Source: Moniliella sp. 'wahieum'
Lineage: Eukaryota
Direction: 5' to 3'
NCBI GenBank assembly: GCA_003971905.1
Contig: RSEE01000011.1
Location: forward strand, 868,001 to 932,000
Length of the DNA: 64,000 bases
The position numbers and the translations under genes are program-made. The notes beneath the pieces were generated by a model that saw nothing but the letters and a program-made list of their open reading frames with translations, ran no database searches and was not told where the DNA came from. This document shows positions 59,790 through 64,000 of this stretch, piece by piece (positions within the stretch are counted from its first letter, which is position 1; every line of letters starts with the position of its first letter).

Positions 59790-62700
59790 CTAACCAGAGC
59801 GGGACTGCCCACTGTCTGACTCGGGCAATTCGGGAACCAAGGCGGTCAACAGCGCGCGCAACGCCAAATTTTCTTCGCGCGCCTGGACCAGCAGCGCTTC
59901 GCGACGGGCCAAGCGCGCCTGGACGCGGGACAGGAACTCGTTTCCGTGTCGCAAGACGGCAGCTTTGGAGATACCGCGGTTGACGCGTTTCGCATGCTCG
60001 GACGGCACGAGTTGAGCAGGCACAAAGTCTTCCGCTTCTTCATCTTCCGGAAGCCCATCGGGGGCAAGGATGCTCCCGCCCAATGCTTCTTCATCCAAAA
60101 TGATCGCAGGCAACACATCTCGCAGATCGTCAAACGAATCCTTTAAACTGTCCCGTCGTTTTTGCTCCGCGGCCTTGTGCGACGTTCGACGTTGTTCGGC
60201 CGAGGCCGAACTGGTCCCGTCCGCTTGCGCGGCCAAGGCCGCTTCCTTTGCGGCTGCTTCCCGTGCCGCCGCCGCTTTCTTAGCGGCGGCAGCAGCCGCA
60301 TGGAATGTGATTCGGTTCGCCTCGGTCCCCTTGCCTGACTTTGCCTTGCCGGATTTCCGGGGAGCCTTAAGAATAGGAGGCGTGTCGGGGACCGAAGCGC
60401 CCCGTTGGCCTGAACTTTGGCTGGGACCAGACCCACTCGTGCCCAGTTCCAGCGAGCCAGCACGGGCCAGAATCGCAGGGCTGGTCAGGACGCCGGCGAA
60501 CGCCGGCGAGGCAGGCACAGTGCGACTACCATGGTACGAAGTACGCCGACTGGCCGACTGACTTGTTTCCCCTGTCCCGGGCGGCAGCGCAACGTCGGGC
60601 TCCAGCGCCTGTGGAATGGTCGGTAACGTCGGAAGCTTGTCGCTCGACCCGCCCGAGCGGGGAGGGAGCAGGCATCGAATCCAACCCCATCAGCGTCGCT
60701 GGCGTCAGCGGGACCGACTCGGCTCCCGGGCCCGGCGGGGGCATGGTCGTGTGGCTTGGGGCTATAAGGCGGTGGGGGAGTGACCAAAACAGGGGATGAG
60801 GTGGAGGGATGGGCAATGTGCGGCCCAGGATTGGACTTGGACCCGGCCGAGTTGGACATCGAGCTGGAGGAGGTATTGCTCGCACCACTCTTGGGCGCCC
60901 CCGTTCGGCTGCCGGTGCTGCCGGCGCTATCGGGGCCCTCGAGCTGGATCGGCGAGGGTGTGTCGTCAAACGTGTGGATCCAGCACATTCCATCATCATC
61001 GCCCTGTGTGCCTGAACGCGCTACAGTCCCGGGCGCCGACGCTTCCTGTCCTGCAGAAGGTGCCTTGGCCTCTCTGCCACTGGGCTGGGCCATCGCGCCG
61101 GCCGGGGCAGAAGCTGTTCCTGTCTCGGCGGCAGGCTGGGGCTGCGCAGAGTCCCACCACAGCGCATTGAACGCTTGGTTCCACGCCTCATTGGTAGCAG
61201 GGGGCGCCATTGGAGAAGAGTGGGGCGGAAGCGTCTGCGAACCACTGGGCGCACCAGCGACAGTAGAATGGGGGAGGAGGGTGGCGGGCGTAGCAGGCGC
61301 GGATAGGGTCGAAGGCAGATCATGCTGCGGCGGCAGTCCACTGGAGCTGGCGGAAGAGCGGTGCTTGCGCTGCGGGGTGTTCTGCAGCGACGCATTGGAT
61401 TTGCGCGGGCGCAGCACCTGCAACGCAGCTGTCGCAGCTGCCATGCCGGCTGGACCACCCAGCGCGCCCATCGGCGAGCCTAGGTCCTCGCGCGAAGCAC
61501 GCCGTGACCGGTTGTTGCCTTGTGGCTTGATCAGGGGGGAAGGGCGGGCGCGGGAGCGAGTCGCGCTGGATCCCTTGCGGCCGGAACGGACGACAGGGCC
61601 AGCCGCGGACGCGGTCTGGGTTTGGGGTGCGGGAGGGGGAGGGGCTGCGGTCGACGTAGCAGGCGGCGCATAGGTTTGTTTCTGCAGCCAGTCAACGAAC
61701 GGCTGGAGAGCATCGGGGGTTGCATTTGATGGCCCAGGGCGCATTCCCAAGGCGGGCGAGACGAGCGGGGCAAACATATCCACCTCGGGGCCTTGAGTGG
61801 GAAAGCCATTGGCAGGCGTGTGGGGCAAACTCAGAGCACCGGAGGAGCTGGAGGGGGCGCCGGCGGAAAAGGCATAGGGCGTGGAAAAGGCCGAGTTGGG
61901 AGCGGGGCCAGACGGGTTGGGGTTGGGGTTGGGGTTGGGATGGCCATGCGGGTGCAGGGCGCCGGCGGTGGAGGAGCCAACAAAGAGAGGGCTGGAGTAC
62001 GCCGAGGATGGATGTGGGGCAGGCGGAGCGTTCCACGGCGAGTGCGGGGTGTGGTGGCCGAGGGCTGGATCAAAGGAGACGCGAGCAGCTGGCGGTTGTC
62101 CCGGCAGCGCGGCCGGGAGCCACTGGTCGATGGAGACCGGTGGGTCGGGGGCGGGTCGGGCGCTGGGGCGCTGGTGGCCTGGACATTGAGAAGTCCGAGA
62201 GCGCCTGGAGGACACGTGCGCCAGCTGTGCCTGCGCCTGGTTTGCGCCGCTGTGCGGGGCCAGGATGGAGGCAACCAGCGGCATTAGTGACGAGAGCTGG
62301 GCTGAGCCCTGGGGCTGGGATAGCAGCGGGGCAGCCGTGTGGGCCTGTGGCTGTGGCTGGGGCTGGGGCTGTGTTGGGGCATGGGTGGACGCAGAGAAAG
62401 AGGCGACGGATTGGAGCATGGACAGCACCCCTGGCGACGACGCGCTGCCCGGCTCGGCGGCGATCTGGGCAAGAAGGGCATGGAGGTCGGAGGGCGCGGT
62501 GGAAGCGGGCGGAGGAGGTTCTGCTGGCCAGGGGGCGAGGGGGCCGGGCAGAAGCAGAGGAGGTGGAGGCAGTGAGGGCGAGCTGGGGGGCAGGGAGGGC
62601 GAGGGGAACGAGGAGGGCTGGGTCCTGTCGGAGGCTGCCGGGGTTGAGGGGCGAAAGGGCGGCGGGCGAGTGGACGTGGAGGCGCTCGAGCTGGGACTTG

Positions 62701-62827
62701 AGGGGCGCCGCCCAGAGCGGGGTGGCTGAGGGCGAGACGGGCAGGGCGGGGTGGGGGCGGCGGCAGCGGCGGCGGACTCGACGCGGGCGCGCGATGAGCT
62801 GCTGCTGCGGCTGCGCGAGCGGTCCAT
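59790..62827 (-). CDS. PHO4: bHLH transcription factor, Pho4/Nuc-1-like
   Basis: C-terminal bHLH RRTSHKAAEQKRRDSLKDSFDDLRDVLP...ISKAAVLRHGNEFL. The long disordered N-terminus has repeated SPx(L/I) Pho80-Pho85-type sites (SPAL, SPLI, SPVL, SPAI). Frameshifted. Confidence 0.75.
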
Positions 62828-64000
62828 GCCGGGTGGGGGTGGGGCTGCCAAAACGCAAGGGGGGCGTGGGTGTGGCTGCATAGGGCCTGGCACGCAAGGG
62901 TATGCAAGGGATGTCAGATGCGGCAGGCGTGCATGCGGCCGCCCAGGCGTGTGTGCCGCTCTGCCAGCCACCGCCTCGCCAACCCCATCCGCATGCTAGA
63001 ACGGCACACTGGGGCCGTGCGCCAGAAACGACAGCCGCCCCTTGCCTGCCCCCCCCCCCAGAACCAGTCGGGGGCACTGCAGCAGCCAAGCACACCAGGC
63101 ACACCAGCGCATGCCGCATCGCCCTCCTGGTCCCTCGTCTCCAGCCAGCGCCAGCAGCTGTGGAAACAGAGTGTGTGCGCCATGCACCGCCCCCGTGCCT
63201 GCCCCCCGGTCTGCCTTGGCTTCAGTATCCTCACAAGAGCCGTTTTGTCCGTCTCTCCAGCATATATCCGCCCATAGCACCAAACACCACCCACACCGCC
63301 TCCAGCCATCTCCACTCCACCCCAGCAACACACACACCTACTGCTTCGGGCAGCTCATCTCCTGCTCAACAGCCATCACGCTCACCGTGGGTCCAAAAAA
63401 CACGGCCCAAAAGCACCCATGTGCGTGGAGCTGCTATGAGGGGGGCATCGGAAAAGGACGTTAACCGTTAACGTCTCTGCGGCTTTGGCCCTTGAGCCGT
63501 GCAGAAACAGAACAAACATGTCATACCGGTAAAGAAGAGCAGTGAATATGGCCGCCTATATGTGGGGATCACAAAAGAATCGCGGAGGAAGCTGTAGCGA
63601 TATTGTGAAAGCCGGAGCGTGTCTCGGCTGAAGAGATCATCGACGATGATCATCAGAGAGTCGGTTTTTGACGTCAACAGAGAGAAAAGCGAGGATGAGC
63701 GGAAAGGCCCACGGTCGGTTGTAGACAGAATGCACACAAGAGTAGTGGACGTGCAAGCGTAGGGGCATCCGGGAAGCAAAGTGGACGAGCGACATAACAT
63801 GCCAAGCGACGGAAGACACACAGCGGTGTGTTGGTGCATAGTGAGGTGGGGTTTTTTGAAGATGATCCAAGGAAGAAAGACGCATTTGTGAACAAGAGGT
63901 TGGGAAAAAGGTGAGCCTGATGGAGGGCATAGTGGGGATGCAGGCTAGCCCAGGGATGATGGAGGAAACGGCCCGCAAGGGAAGGGATGACGATACACTC

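Noticed and set aside
6826..62827. Mass pseudogenisation or programmed frameshifting in nearly all genes
   Set aside because: Indels hit conserved housekeeping genes (Lon, Pus7, Mdv1) indiscriminately, often at homopolymers, while catalytic motifs stay intact. Long-read consensus error is far more likely.

Overview
Eukaryotic, GC-rich fungal genomic DNA. It has short GT-AG introns with CTRAC/CTAAC branch points, and the protein families and intergenic style suggest a basidiomycete, probably Ustilaginomycotina (inference). Almost every gene carries 1-2 nt frameshifts, often at homopolymers. These are best read as uncorrected long-read assembly errors, so CDS ends are approximate. A gene-dense core (6.8-41.3 kb) encodes an NCS1 permease, Siz1/PIAS SUMO ligase, Pus7, TCAB1/WDR79, a YANK/STK32 kinase, Pdr16-type Sec14 protein running into a MoaD/MOCS2A domain, mitochondrial Lon, an atypical eIF4E, Mdv1/Caf4, an OB-fold protein, Ptm1 and Oxr1. 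A gene-poor accessory stretch (41.4-58 kb) holds orphan genes, an AT-hook protein, diverged duplicated flanks, two solo LTRs and a phosphate:H+ symporter. Slx9 and a Pho4-like bHLH factor follow. Highlights: a young 1.42-kb non-autonomous LTR element with a candidate half-tRNA-type primer site; a candidate Sec14-MOCS2A fusion; a hidden spliced 51-aa zinc-ribbon microprotein; a window-wide intergenic (TCA-N4)n heptamer pattern; and a Pho4-like factor linked to a probable target transporter.
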